Source of the DNA: an uncultured Gammaproteobacteria bacterium
Lineage (GTDB): Bacteria; Patescibacteriota; Patescibacteriia; Patescibacteriales; UBA12465
Direction: 5' to 3'
Length of the DNA stretch: 64,000 nt
Assembly (NCBI GenBank): GCA_964408775.1
Contig: CAYPAP010000001.1
Coordinates: 225,839-289,838, forward strand
Shown: positions 1 to 8,158 of the stretch, piece by piece
Layout of the letters: every line of letters starts with the position of its first letter
Position numbering within the stretch: position 1 is the stretch's first letter
Position numbers and translations under genes: made by a program
Notes under the pieces: model-generated
What the model saw: the letters and a program-made list of their open reading frames with translations, nothing else
Databases searched by the model: none
Told to the model about the DNA's origin: nothing

Positions 1-1177
1 CTTCAATAGCCCCAATAACTGTATATCTATTTTGGACAGCCTGACTAAACTCGTTATCAATAACACAATTATTGGGCATGGGGTTATCACTATCTAAACA
101 AATCACTAAATCAGACAACACATTAAAATCAGCTTTAACATCGAAGCGAGGTTTAATAACCTTTTTTAAAGAATCAACCATATAGGTTTGATTTGAGAAA
201 GACCTAGGATCAGCGTCAGGCGAGCTATGATTTGAACCAGAATAATCATCTGCGCTTCCCCTAGAAAGCATATCAACCAACCCACCCTCTCTAATATATT
301 TATTAAAAGCTGTTATAGCTACCTGATTAAGAAAAACATTAGCAGCATCTAAAAAAGCATTGCCAGTGAACTTGCCGAGACTTTGCACTTGAGTAGCGTC
401 AACCTTCTGTAGTTCTCTCTGGCCTTGCCCTGGTGGAGTAGTAGCTTTTCCGCCTATATTTCTAACATCCAACCAACCCTGATTTGCCTTTAACTGGTCT
501 TCCTTTTTTTTCTTTTCTTCACCAGCCTCTTCGTCTATGCGAGTAAATAAGGTCAAGGCTGTCCCAATATCATTAGAGGACGGATTAAACATTGTTCCAA
601 CTTTTTTTAAAAAACCAGCCGGATCACTAGAAATACTTTTCCACTTTTCATATTCGTTGGTCCAATTTTGACTTAACTCCTGCCAACCACAATCAATCCG
701 ACCAAAACCAGGATCGTTGAACTGTACTAACCCTAAGCCAATGCTGGCTTGAACAGAAAAATTAGGTCTACACAAATCTACTGCCCACTCTTTCGATAAA
801 TTTTGAATAGCATTAGAAACAAAAGTGTCCGCGGCTTTATTCCCAAAATCACTCCAATAATCATCAACAAAAAGAGGAGTTTGCCCAGCTCCTCCGCTAC
901 CAACCCAGGTAGCAGCATCAAAGGCAAGTTTATTAAGGACTGTTTGAGTAGCAGAAAAGAATGCTTTTGAACCAGCCTTTCCCAATTGTTCCAACACCTT
1001 CCCCACAACCGTCTTCTTTGTTTCAATCGCCGTTCTCTGCGCAACAGCTCCTGGGTCAGTAACAACTCCTGCCGCCCCAACACCAGAAGGATAAACAGCC
1101 AACCCAATAAAAAAAGAGAAAATTAAAAACAGAGTTAAAAACTTCCTCTTGTAAAAGTTGGGTTTAAACTTATTCAT
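1..1177 (-). CDS. secreted or membrane-anchored hypothetical protein (partial; 3' end lies beyond the left edge)
   Basis: Absent from the ORF track because it runs off the edge. A reverse-strand ATG at 1177-1175 opens a frame with no stop down to position 1 (MNKFKPNFYKRKFLTLFLIFSFFIGLAVYPSGVGAAGVVTDPG...). A basic N-terminus followed by a hydrophobic stretch suggests a signal peptide or anchor. No family recognised. Confidence 0.6.
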   Translation of the reverse strand, partial: MNKFKPNFYKRKFLTLFLIFSFFIGLAVYPSGVGAAGVVTDPGAVAQRTAIETKKTVVGKVLEQLGKAGSKAFFSATQTVLNKLAFDAATWVGSGGAGQTPLFVDDYWSDFGNKAADTFVSNAIQNLSKEWAVDLCRPNFSVQASIGLGLVQFNDPGFGRIDCGWQELSQNWTNEYEKWKSISSDPAGFLKKVGTMFNPSSNDIGTALTLFTRIDEEAGEEKKKKEDQLKANQGWLDVRNIGGKATTPPGQGQRELQKVDATQVQSLGKFTGNAFLDAANVFLNQVAITAFNKYIREGGLVDMLSRGSADDYSGSNHSSPDADPRSFSNQTYMVDSLKKVIKPRFDVKADFNVLSDLVICLDSDNPMPNNCVIDNEFSQAVQNRYTVIGAIE

Positions 1178-1199
1178 ATTTATTTTTTATTTGAAAATT

Positions 1200-1838
1200 T
1201 TAAAAATCAGCTAAAACCTCCTGATAGATAACCATTAAATCAGCGTCACTAATCTTGTCCAACTCCTCCTGAGAAATGCCCCCTTCCAATAACGCGCCTC
1301 TAATATATTCTGGACTAACATTATCAGGCTGAAGCTCATCAGGAAGCTGTTCAACACTTGGATCAGTGTCATAGTATTCATCCCAGCCCTCTAAAATATT
1401 TTCTAAATCTTTAACACCGTCAGTGGAGTCTCCTTGAGTAGTAGCCTGCCCAGAAGATCCTGAACAATTTTGTCCCTCCGGACATAGGGGATCAGTTTTA
1501 TAAACAAAAATTTCTTCATAATCAGTTAGACCATCGCCGTCAGTATCCTCTAAATAAGGAGATGTTCCATAAATAAATAACTCGTCCCAATCTGAAATTT
1601 TATCGTTATCGGTATCTAATAGTTTTAAATCTAAATTATCCTGATTCAAAGTAGAGGCGGAACAATTAGGTCCAGTACAGCCACTAAGATTAGGGGCAAC
1701 ATTGGACCCAGCAATAACATCACCTTGATACAAAAGAGGATTTTTTAAATTCTGTTTAAAATTCAAAAACCAAGCCGCTATTATTAGAACGCTAAAAACT
1801 CCCAAGATAGCAATGGCGGTCTTACGATTTTTATCCAT
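1200..1838 (-). CDS. membrane-anchored protein with thrombospondin type-3-like Ca-binding repeats
   Basis: N-terminal TM segment (TAIAILGVFSVLIIAAWFL). Repeated DxDxDxxxDxxE motifs (DTDNDKISDWDE, DTDGDGLTDYEE). Acidic C-terminus. Confidence 0.6.
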   Translation of the reverse strand: MDKNRKTAIAILGVFSVLIIAAWFLNFKQNLKNPLLYQGDVIAGSNVAPNLSGCTGPNCSASTLNQDNLDLKLLDTDNDKISDWDELFIYGTSPYLEDTDGDGLTDYEEIFVYKTDPLCPEGQNCSGSSGQATTQGDSTDGVKDLENILEGWDEYYDTDPSVEQLPDELQPDNVSPEYIRGALLEGGISQEELDKISDADLMVIYQEVLADF

Positions 1839-1910
1839 TTTTTTGGAATTAATACTATTGTCTTTCTTATTAAAATTATATAATAATTACCTAAAAAAGG
1901 CAAGAAAAAA

Positions 1911-2741
1911 TTAAAAAAGTTCAAAAAGCTTAAGCCAATTATCCAAGCTAAGTTGTTCGGCTCTAATTTTTTTATCTAAATTAACTTTTTCTAATTTTTT
2001 TTCAACCTCTTCTACTGAAATTTTTAAGCCCGTAGCTAAATTGTTTTTCAACATTTTTCTTTTGGCGCTGAAAGCTATGCGTAATAATTTAAAAAATTCT
2101 TTTTCGGATTTATAATCGGGTAATAACTTTTTATTAGGGGTTATTTTAATAACAGCGCTATCAACTTTAGGAGCTGGATAAAAATTGTCTCGGGAAACAT
2201 CAAACATTAACTCCGCCTGAGCATAAAATTGTACCGAAAGAGAAAGCAAGCTCATTTTAGGGGGCTGAGAAATTATTCTATCAACCACTTCTTTTTGTAA
2301 TAGCAAGATTATTATTTTTGGCTTATTCTCCAAGCTTAAAATTTTTCTTAAAAAAACAGAAGTGATATTATATGGTAAATTAGAAACAATTTTATAGGGA
2401 CTAATTTTCTTAAAATTTTCTCCCTTAGCAGTCAAAATATCTTTATTAAAAATTTTAATATTTTTCTGAGACTTACTTTTTATTAATATATTTAAAATGT
2501 CTACCAATTTACTATCGAGCTCTACTGCTATAACTTTTTTTGCTTTACTAGCCATTTTAAAAGTTAAAAATCCTAATCCTGGGCCAACCTCTAAAACTGT
2601 GTCTTTTGAACTTAGATCAGCCGATTCTATTATTCTTTCGTAGACCTCTTCGTTAATTAAAAAATTTTGCCCCTTAGACTTTTGGGGCTTGATTCCGTAC
2701 ATCTGGCACAATTCTAATGTTTGTTGAATAATTAAAGACAT
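1911..2741 (-). CDS. rsmA: 16S rRNA (adenine1518/1519-N6)-dimethyltransferase
   Basis: KsgA hallmarks are present: GQNFL, SAM motif VLEVGPGLGFLT, and SNLPYNIT. Confidence 0.9.
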   Translation of the reverse strand: MSLIIQQTLELCQMYGIKPQKSKGQNFLINEEVYERIIESADLSSKDTVLEVGPGLGFLTFKMASKAKKVIAVELDSKLVDILNILIKSKSQKNIKIFNKDILTAKGENFKKISPYKIVSNLPYNITSVFLRKILSLENKPKIIILLLQKEVVDRIISQPPKMSLLSLSVQFYAQAELMFDVSRDNFYPAPKVDSAVIKITPNKKLLPDYKSEKEFFKLLRIAFSAKRKMLKNNLATGLKISVEEVEKKLEKVNLDKKIRAEQLSLDNWLKLFELF

Positions 2742-2744
2742 ATT

Positions 2745-2993
2745 TTACTCCTCCCTCTTCATGCCTATTGCCTTGACGGGGCACTCTTTAGCGCAAAGAC
2801 CGCAGCCCTTACAATAATCGTAATTTATTTTAGCTTTTTTCTGTCCTTTTATTTTTGTTAGTTCCGCGGCACTATCAGGACAAATCTTGGCACAAATTCC
2901 GCAAGCAATACATTTTTCTAAATCTATTTCGGGACGATAAGAGCGCCAAGAACCGGTTTTATTTTTTAAAGATGAGTTTGGTTTAACATTCAT
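2745..2993 (-). CDS. porD: 2-oxoacid:ferredoxin oxidoreductase delta subunit (2x[4Fe-4S] ferredoxin)
   Basis: Two CxxCxxCxxxCP clusters (CIACGICAKICP, CKGCGLCAKECP). It lies adjacent to the gamma subunit gene. Confidence 0.8.
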   Translation of the reverse strand: MNVKPNSSLKNKTGSWRSYRPEIDLEKCIACGICAKICPDSAAELTKIKGQKKAKINYDYCKGCGLCAKECPVKAIGMKREE

Positions 2994-3028
2994 AATTATT
3001 TGATATAAAATTTATTATTAATTTTAGA

Positions 3029-3610
3029 TTATTTCATTTTTTTAATAGCTAAAATATTTTTAGCCACGATATCCTGACCTTTATCAGAAAATTTTTCTTT
3101 CACCGCCCTAAAACATCCTTCCATATTTAAAAGCCCCGGAACTCTAGTTAAAGCACCCAACATAGCAGTGTTAACCATGTTTTTACCAAATATTTCCAAG
3201 GCTACTTTACTAGCATCGAAAGAAAAAATATTACCAACCTTGAATCCATTAGGTAACTTCCCTATATTTTTTATTTCTAAAAAAATTTCTTTTGCTTCTT
3301 TATTAGAATTAATAATTATTTGGCTAGTTTTTTTTATTCCTAAAAAAATATCAGCCTTACCAATAAGGGAATCATCTAAAACTATTAGGACATCGGGACT
3401 GCTGACATGTTGGCGAGTTGAGATTACTTTGTCAGAGACCCTAACAAAAGACTGAATTGGAGCACCGCTTCTTTCTACCCCAAAATGAGGAAAGGCCTGA
3501 GCTATGCGACCATCATTAAAAAAAGCAATGGCCAAAATTTCAGCCATAGCTACAACACCCTGACCACCTCTTCCATGAATTCTTATTTCTTTGTTCGAAA
3601 ATTTGCTCAT
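3029..3610 (-). CDS. porC: pyruvate/2-oxoacid:ferredoxin oxidoreductase gamma subunit
   Basis: IRIHGRGGQGVV...FPHFGVERSGAP is the typical POR gamma N-terminus. Confidence 0.85.
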   Translation of the reverse strand: MSKFSNKEIRIHGRGGQGVVAMAEILAIAFFNDGRIAQAFPHFGVERSGAPIQSFVRVSDKVISTRQHVSSPDVLIVLDDSLIGKADIFLGIKKTSQIIINSNKEAKEIFLEIKNIGKLPNGFKVGNIFSFDASKVALEIFGKNMVNTAMLGALTRVPGLLNMEGCFRAVKEKFSDKGQDIVAKNILAIKKMK

Positions 3611-3623
3611 ATTTTATTTTAAA

Positions 3624-4412
3624 TTAATTTTTTAAATTTTGTTTACTATCTAAAACTTCATCTAATAATTCCGCCCAGACGGAAAAAGGAATAGCCCCCT
3701 CACCCACCTTTGCACCATTAATAAACCAGGCAGGAGTGCCCCCAACTTTTAAAAATTGGGCGTCTGAGGCGTCCTTAATAATATTATTTAAATATTTTTG
3801 ATTATCCACACAGTCATAAAACGCATCTATGTCTGATATACCAACCTCGTCAACGATAGCGCCGATACCAATATCTTTGTAAACTGCCTGTCTTTCAAAA
3901 AGCTTATAATACATTGGCCAATATTTATCTTGGTCACCGGCACAACGCGCCACCAAGGCCAAGCTCAAGGAGTCGTCACTTAAAATTGGGAAATCTCTAA
4001 TTATTATTTTAATATCAGAACCATATTTAATAGCCAGGCTAGCAATAGTATTGGAGGCCTCCTTGCAATAAGGGCAAGTAAAGTCAGAAAAAACAACAAT
4101 AGAGATCTCGGCATCTTCATTCCCTAGAAAATAATTATTAAAACCCTCAACCAACCTTTTATTCGACAAATATTCCTCTTGTAAATTTATTTCTATATTT
4201 TTGTTAACTGTCCCCGATTGCATAACCTGACCCAACTCTTCTGGATTATTTAAAAGACGAATTATCAAAAAAAGAAATGACAGGGCATAAACTAAAATAC
4301 CAGCCAAAATCAAGGCTAATAAAATTCCCCACCATTTTTTATACCACCGAGAAGAGGTCTTTTTATTAGCTCCTTTCCTTCTGAGATATTCAATTCTATC
4401 ATCAATACTCAT
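3624..4412 (-). CDS. DsbA-like thiol:disulfide oxidoreductase, N-terminally membrane anchored
   Basis: TM helix (WWGILLALILAGILVYALSFLFLII), a CPYC active-site motif, and a DsbA-like C-terminus (GGTPAWFING). Confidence 0.8.
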   Translation of the reverse strand: MSIDDRIEYLRRKGANKKTSSRWYKKWWGILLALILAGILVYALSFLFLIIRLLNNPEELGQVMQSGTVNKNIEINLQEEYLSNKRLVEGFNNYFLGNEDAEISIVVFSDFTCPYCKEASNTIASLAIKYGSDIKIIIRDFPILSDDSLSLALVARCAGDQDKYWPMYYKLFERQAVYKDIGIGAIVDEVGISDIDAFYDCVDNQKYLNNIIKDASDAQFLKVGGTPAWFINGAKVGEGAIPFSVWAELLDEVLDSKQNLKN

Positions 4413-4480
4413 TGCTTAATTGTCTAATTTATTATATTATAATATTAACATAAAATAAATAATTAGAGAAGTATAAGCAC

Positions 4481-5245
4481 ATGAAGATTATCTCCTGGAA
4501 TGTTAATGGAATAAGAGCCGTCCTGAAGAAAGGGTTTTTGGATTTTATCGAAAAAGAACAGCCTGATATTCTGGCTCTTCAAGAAATAAAAATATCATTA
4601 GCTAAGAAAGACTTAGAAAAATTTGATTTTGCTGGATATACCGAATTTTGGAATTCAGCCGACAGACCTGGCTATAGCGGAACATTAATATTATATAAGG
4701 AGGGTCTAAAAGTTTTGAACGAAAAAAATGGACTGGATATAAAAAAATTTGATATTGAAGGACGAGTTCAAACCATAGAACTAAAAAATTTTTACTTCGT
4801 AAACACTTACTTTCCTAACTCTAATCACGAATTAAGTCGCTTAGGCTATAAATTGGAATTTAACCAAGAATTAGAAAAATATTTAAAAAAATTAGAAAAA
4901 AATAAGCCTGTAATTTTGACTGGAGACCTAAACGTTGCTCACCAAGAAATAGATTTGGCTCGACCCAAAGAAAATATTGGAAATCCCGGCTTTACTTATG
5001 AAGAAAGAAACTGGATGACTGGATTTTTAAACAATGGTTTCATTGATACTTTTAGATATTTAAATCCTCAGAAAATAAAATACTCCTGGTGGAGTTTTCG
5101 TTCGGCGGCTAGAGTTAGAAATATTGGCTGGAGAATTGATTATTTTTGTATTTCTAAAAAATTAATTAAAAAGGTAAAGAGAGCCGATATTTTAGACCAG
5201 GTTACTGGCTCAGATCACGCCCCAATAGTCTTAGAGATTAACTAA
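4481..5245 (+). CDS. xth: exodeoxyribonuclease III (AP endonuclease)
   Basis: MKIISWNVNGIRA, LALQEIK, GDLNVAH and SDHAPI motifs of the ExoIII/EEP family. Confidence 0.9.
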   Translation: MKIISWNVNGIRAVLKKGFLDFIEKEQPDILALQEIKISLAKKDLEKFDFAGYTEFWNSADRPGYSGTLILYKEGLKVLNEKNGLDIKKFDIEGRVQTIELKNFYFVNTYFPNSNHELSRLGYKLEFNQELEKYLKKLEKNKPVILTGDLNVAHQEIDLARPKENIGNPGFTYEERNWMTGFLNNGFIDTFRYLNPQKIKYSWWSFRSAARVRNIGWRIDYFCISKKLIKKVKRADILDQVTGSDHAPIVLEIN

Positions 5246-5333
5246 GATCCCCTTCCTGCATTAGTTCTATCAAGTCATTAACAGGAACAACAACAAAAAT
5301 AACTTTAAAAAAATTATAAATAAAATAAAAGAT

Positions 5334-6446
5334 ATGAAAAATAAATCACAAATATTGGAGGGTTCTCGGGCTATTGCTCTAACTGTTAAAAATATTGAGC
5401 CAGCTGTTATTTCAGCTTACCCTATTACCCCACAAACACATATCGTGGAAGACCTAGCCAAATTTAAAGCTGATGGCCAGGCTAAATATGAATATGTTCG
5501 ATCCGAGAGTGAATTTGCAGCCGCTTCTATTGTTTTAGGGGCTTCGGCTAAGGGCGTGCGAGCCTATAGTGCTACCAGCTCTCAGGGATTATTATTAATG
5601 ACCGAGGTTTTATACAATATTTCTGGCATGCGTCTACCAGTAGTAATGACTCTGGCTAATAGGGCTGTTTCTGCTCCCATAAATATTTGGAATGATCACA
5701 GTGATGCCATGGCCGTACGTGACGCTGGATGGATAATGTTTTTTGCTGAAAATAATCAAGAAGCTGTTTGGCAACATTTATTGGCTTTTAAGATTGCCGA
5801 AAAAATGGCGCTACCGGCCATGGTTAATGTTGATGGCTTTATATTGACTCATTGTTATGAGCCGGTTTACGTTCCCGACAAAAAAACTATTAAAAAATTT
5901 CTGCCTACCTACAAGCCAACTAAGGGAACATTTTTAGACTCTAAAAATCCTTTTACCATGGGAGCCTTTATGACACCGGAGCATTATCAAGAAACCAGAA
6001 AAAAATTATCAGCTGATTTTGTGACCACTATTTCGGAAATCAAAAAAGAATACCAACTATTACAGAAGACTATGGGTATTAAAAAGGAAAAAAATACTAC
6101 TGATAATGGTCTATTAGAATATACTGGATCTAAAAATTCCAAAAAAATAATAATTGCTATGGGGTCGGTTATTGGAACTATAAAATCAGCCCTAGCTAGA
6201 GAAAAAAACATTGGAATTTTGAAAATAAAGTCATACCGTCCTTTTCCAGAAAAGGAAATTTATGATATAATTAAAAATGCTAGAGAAATTACAGTAGTAG
6301 AAAAAGCTATTAGCCCTGGAAATCATAGTCCATTATTTATAGACGTAAAAGCAATAGCTTCTGACAAACAAAAAGTTACTAGCTTTGTTAGCGGACTGGG
6401 AGGAAGAGACATTACCGAGGAAGAAATAAGAAAAATAATGAAATAA
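5334..6446 (+). CDS. porA: pyruvate:ferredoxin oxidoreductase alpha subunit
   Basis: G..AIA.....E..VISAYPITPQT..VE and SESEFAAAS..LGAS..G.RAY.ATSSQG match the POR alpha pattern. Confidence 0.85.
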   Translation: MKNKSQILEGSRAIALTVKNIEPAVISAYPITPQTHIVEDLAKFKADGQAKYEYVRSESEFAAASIVLGASAKGVRAYSATSSQGLLLMTEVLYNISGMRLPVVMTLANRAVSAPINIWNDHSDAMAVRDAGWIMFFAENNQEAVWQHLLAFKIAEKMALPAMVNVDGFILTHCYEPVYVPDKKTIKKFLPTYKPTKGTFLDSKNPFTMGAFMTPEHYQETRKKLSADFVTTISEIKKEYQLLQKTMGIKKEKNTTDNGLLEYTGSKNSKKIIIAMGSVIGTIKSALAREKNIGILKIKSYRPFPEKEIYDIIKNAREITVVEKAISPGNHSPLFIDVKAIASDKQKVTSFVSGLGGRDITEEEIRKIMK

Positions 6447-6456
6447 TTATAAATTT

Positions 6457-7317
6457 ATGTTAAATAAGAAAAGTTGGTTTATTTTAATATTTTTATTTTT
6501 CCTATTTGTTTTTTCACCGACGCTAAAAACCAAGGAAGCCGGAGCAACCAACTTTATTCCTCAAGTTACTATCCCTGGCTCTAACTTTCAGGCCGGAACT
6601 TCAACCAAAATCGAGGATAGTACAGCCTCAATTGGAATATATATTAAATCTATTTATAATTATCTTTTAGGGATTGTTGGAATAGTGGCTGCTATTGTTT
6701 TAATGTTAGCTGGAGTCATTTGGTTAACCGCCGGAGGAAGCCCTGACAAGGTTAGTCAAGCAAAAAATCTAATAGCAGGCAGTCTCACTGGTTTGGTTTT
6801 AGTCCTGGTTTCTTATGTGATACTTAGGACTATAAATCCTTATTTGGTAGATTTTAGAGACACAATAATACCAAGAATAGAACCGTCTGAAGATATTGTT
6901 TTTTGTGTTAAGTACAACGAAGGAGAAATGCCAGGAGAGTTAAAAGATGACGGCACAATTATTATTCTGAGAACACAGGCAGATATAGATAAAAATGAAA
7001 AAATAACAAAGGCCGGTGGCAGAATTGAAGACACCGCCTCTCAATGCAAGGAAGACGAAGTCTGTTCTAAAGTTAAATACGAATACCCAAATAATATTTT
7101 TGAATGCACAAAAAAAGGAGATCTAAAGTGCTGCCAATATGAAAAATATAGCACGATAGGAATAACCTGCAAAACAATAACTAATGGAGAATCGTGTCCG
7201 GATCCAAAAGAAAGCTATCCTGATATTAAATTAAAATATATATACGAAGGGGAAAAGTGTGACCCCGCCTACAATGATAGCGGAAGAAATCCTTGCGTCC
7301 CTGGAGGAAAACAATAA
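6457..7317 (+). CDS. Cys-rich secreted protein with a pilin-like two-TM module (TrbC/VirB2-type 'T4SS pilin-like', tentative)
   Basis: Signal peptide. Module IYIKSIYNYLLGIVGIVAAIVLMLAGVIWLTAGGSPDKVSQAKNLIAGSLTGLVLVLVSYVILRTINPYLV is paralogous to the module in ORF 8159-9571. The C-terminal domain is Cys-rich. The family name is from memory and needs an HMM check. Confidence 0.6.
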   Translation: MLNKKSWFILIFLFFLFVFSPTLKTKEAGATNFIPQVTIPGSNFQAGTSTKIEDSTASIGIYIKSIYNYLLGIVGIVAAIVLMLAGVIWLTAGGSPDKVSQAKNLIAGSLTGLVLVLVSYVILRTINPYLVDFRDTIIPRIEPSEDIVFCVKYNEGEMPGELKDDGTIIILRTQADIDKNEKITKAGGRIEDTASQCKEDEVCSKVKYEYPNNIFECTKKGDLKCCQYEKYSTIGITCKTITNGESCPDPKESYPDIKLKYIYEGEKCDPAYNDSGRNPCVPGGKQ

Positions 7318-7321
7318 AAAT

Positions 7322-8152
7322 ATGACGAAATTAAAATCAATATCTTCCGGCCACAACGCCTGTGCCGGATGTGGACAATTATCAGCCGTACAATCAGTAA
7401 TGCGCGCTTTAAACGACGACATTATTATTGCCAATGCTACCGGCTGTCTAGAAGTAACTACCACTGCCTACCCTCAAAGCTCTTGGGGTGTTCCTTGGAT
7501 ACATTCATTATTTGAAAATCCCTCAGCTGTAGCCACTGGCATATCCGCTGCTCTACGCCAACAAAAAAATAATAAAACTAAAGTCGTAGTAATGGCGGGA
7601 GATGGTGGAACATTTGATATTGGCTTGGGGCTAATCAGCGGGATGTGGGAAAGAAAAGAAAATATCCTATACATTTGCTATGATACTGAAAGTTATTCTA
7701 ATACTGGTTTTCAGGCCTCGGGGGCCACTCCTTACGGAGCTCATACTAGCACCTCACCCAAGGGAGATTGCCCAGTAGAAAAAGCACTTTGTAATACCAT
7801 TGGAAATCAATATCAAAAAAAAGACATGATTAGAATTGCTCTAGCCCATGATGTCCCTTACGTCGCTCAAGCTACCGCTGGCTATCCTGATGATATTTTT
7901 AATAAAGTTAAAAAAGCTCAGGAAATGAAAGGGCCGGGGTACATTCAAATTTTATCACCCTGTATTCCCGGTTGGGGACTAAAAACCGACGAAGCAGTAG
8001 AAGTCGGAAAAATGGCAGTCCAAAGCGATCTATATCCCCTACTCGAATACGTAAACGGAAAACTAACAGACAAAAGTGAAGCTTTAAAAAATTCTTCTGA
8101 AATAAAAAAAGAATATTTAAAAAAACAAAAACGTTTTAAACATTTGCTTTAA
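7322..8152 (+). CDS. porB: pyruvate:ferredoxin oxidoreductase beta subunit (TPP-binding)
   Basis: SGHNACAGCG and GDGGTFDIG (TPP motif). The start is moved to the ATG at 7322, 4 nt after the preceding stop. The track start at 7259 overlaps the upstream gene. Confidence 0.85.
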   Translation: MTKLKSISSGHNACAGCGQLSAVQSVMRALNDDIIIANATGCLEVTTTAYPQSSWGVPWIHSLFENPSAVATGISAALRQQKNNKTKVVVMAGDGGTFDIGLGLISGMWERKENILYICYDTESYSNTGFQASGATPYGAHTSTSPKGDCPVEKALCNTIGNQYQKKDMIRIALAHDVPYVAQATAGYPDDIFNKVKKAQEMKGPGYIQILSPCIPGWGLKTDEAVEVGKMAVQSDLYPLLEYVNGKLTDKSEALKNSSEIKKEYLKKQKRFKHLL

Positions 8153-8158
8153 ATTATT

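Noticed and set aside
778-1107. 109-aa ORF from the track
   Set aside because: The translation is low-complexity and Leu/Arg-rich. It lies entirely inside, and out of frame with, the long edge-truncated ORF 1-1177 on the same strand, so it is a shadow frame.
3168-3455. 95-aa plus-strand ORF. The same class covers 5987-6211, 6840-7034, 7231-7464, 7474-7674, 8620-8811, 10241-10450, 11930-12172, 13169-13354, 17060-17341, 17363-17575 and 18167-18388
   Set aside because: Each is antisense to, or nested in, a well-supported conserved gene, and each gives a hydrophobic, low-complexity translation typical of AT-rich antisense frames.
7259-7321. N-terminal extension of porB in the track (start at 7259)
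   Set aside because: It overlaps the 3' end of the upstream gene by 59 nt. The conserved PorB sequence begins after the ATG at 7322, which sits 4 nt after the upstream stop.
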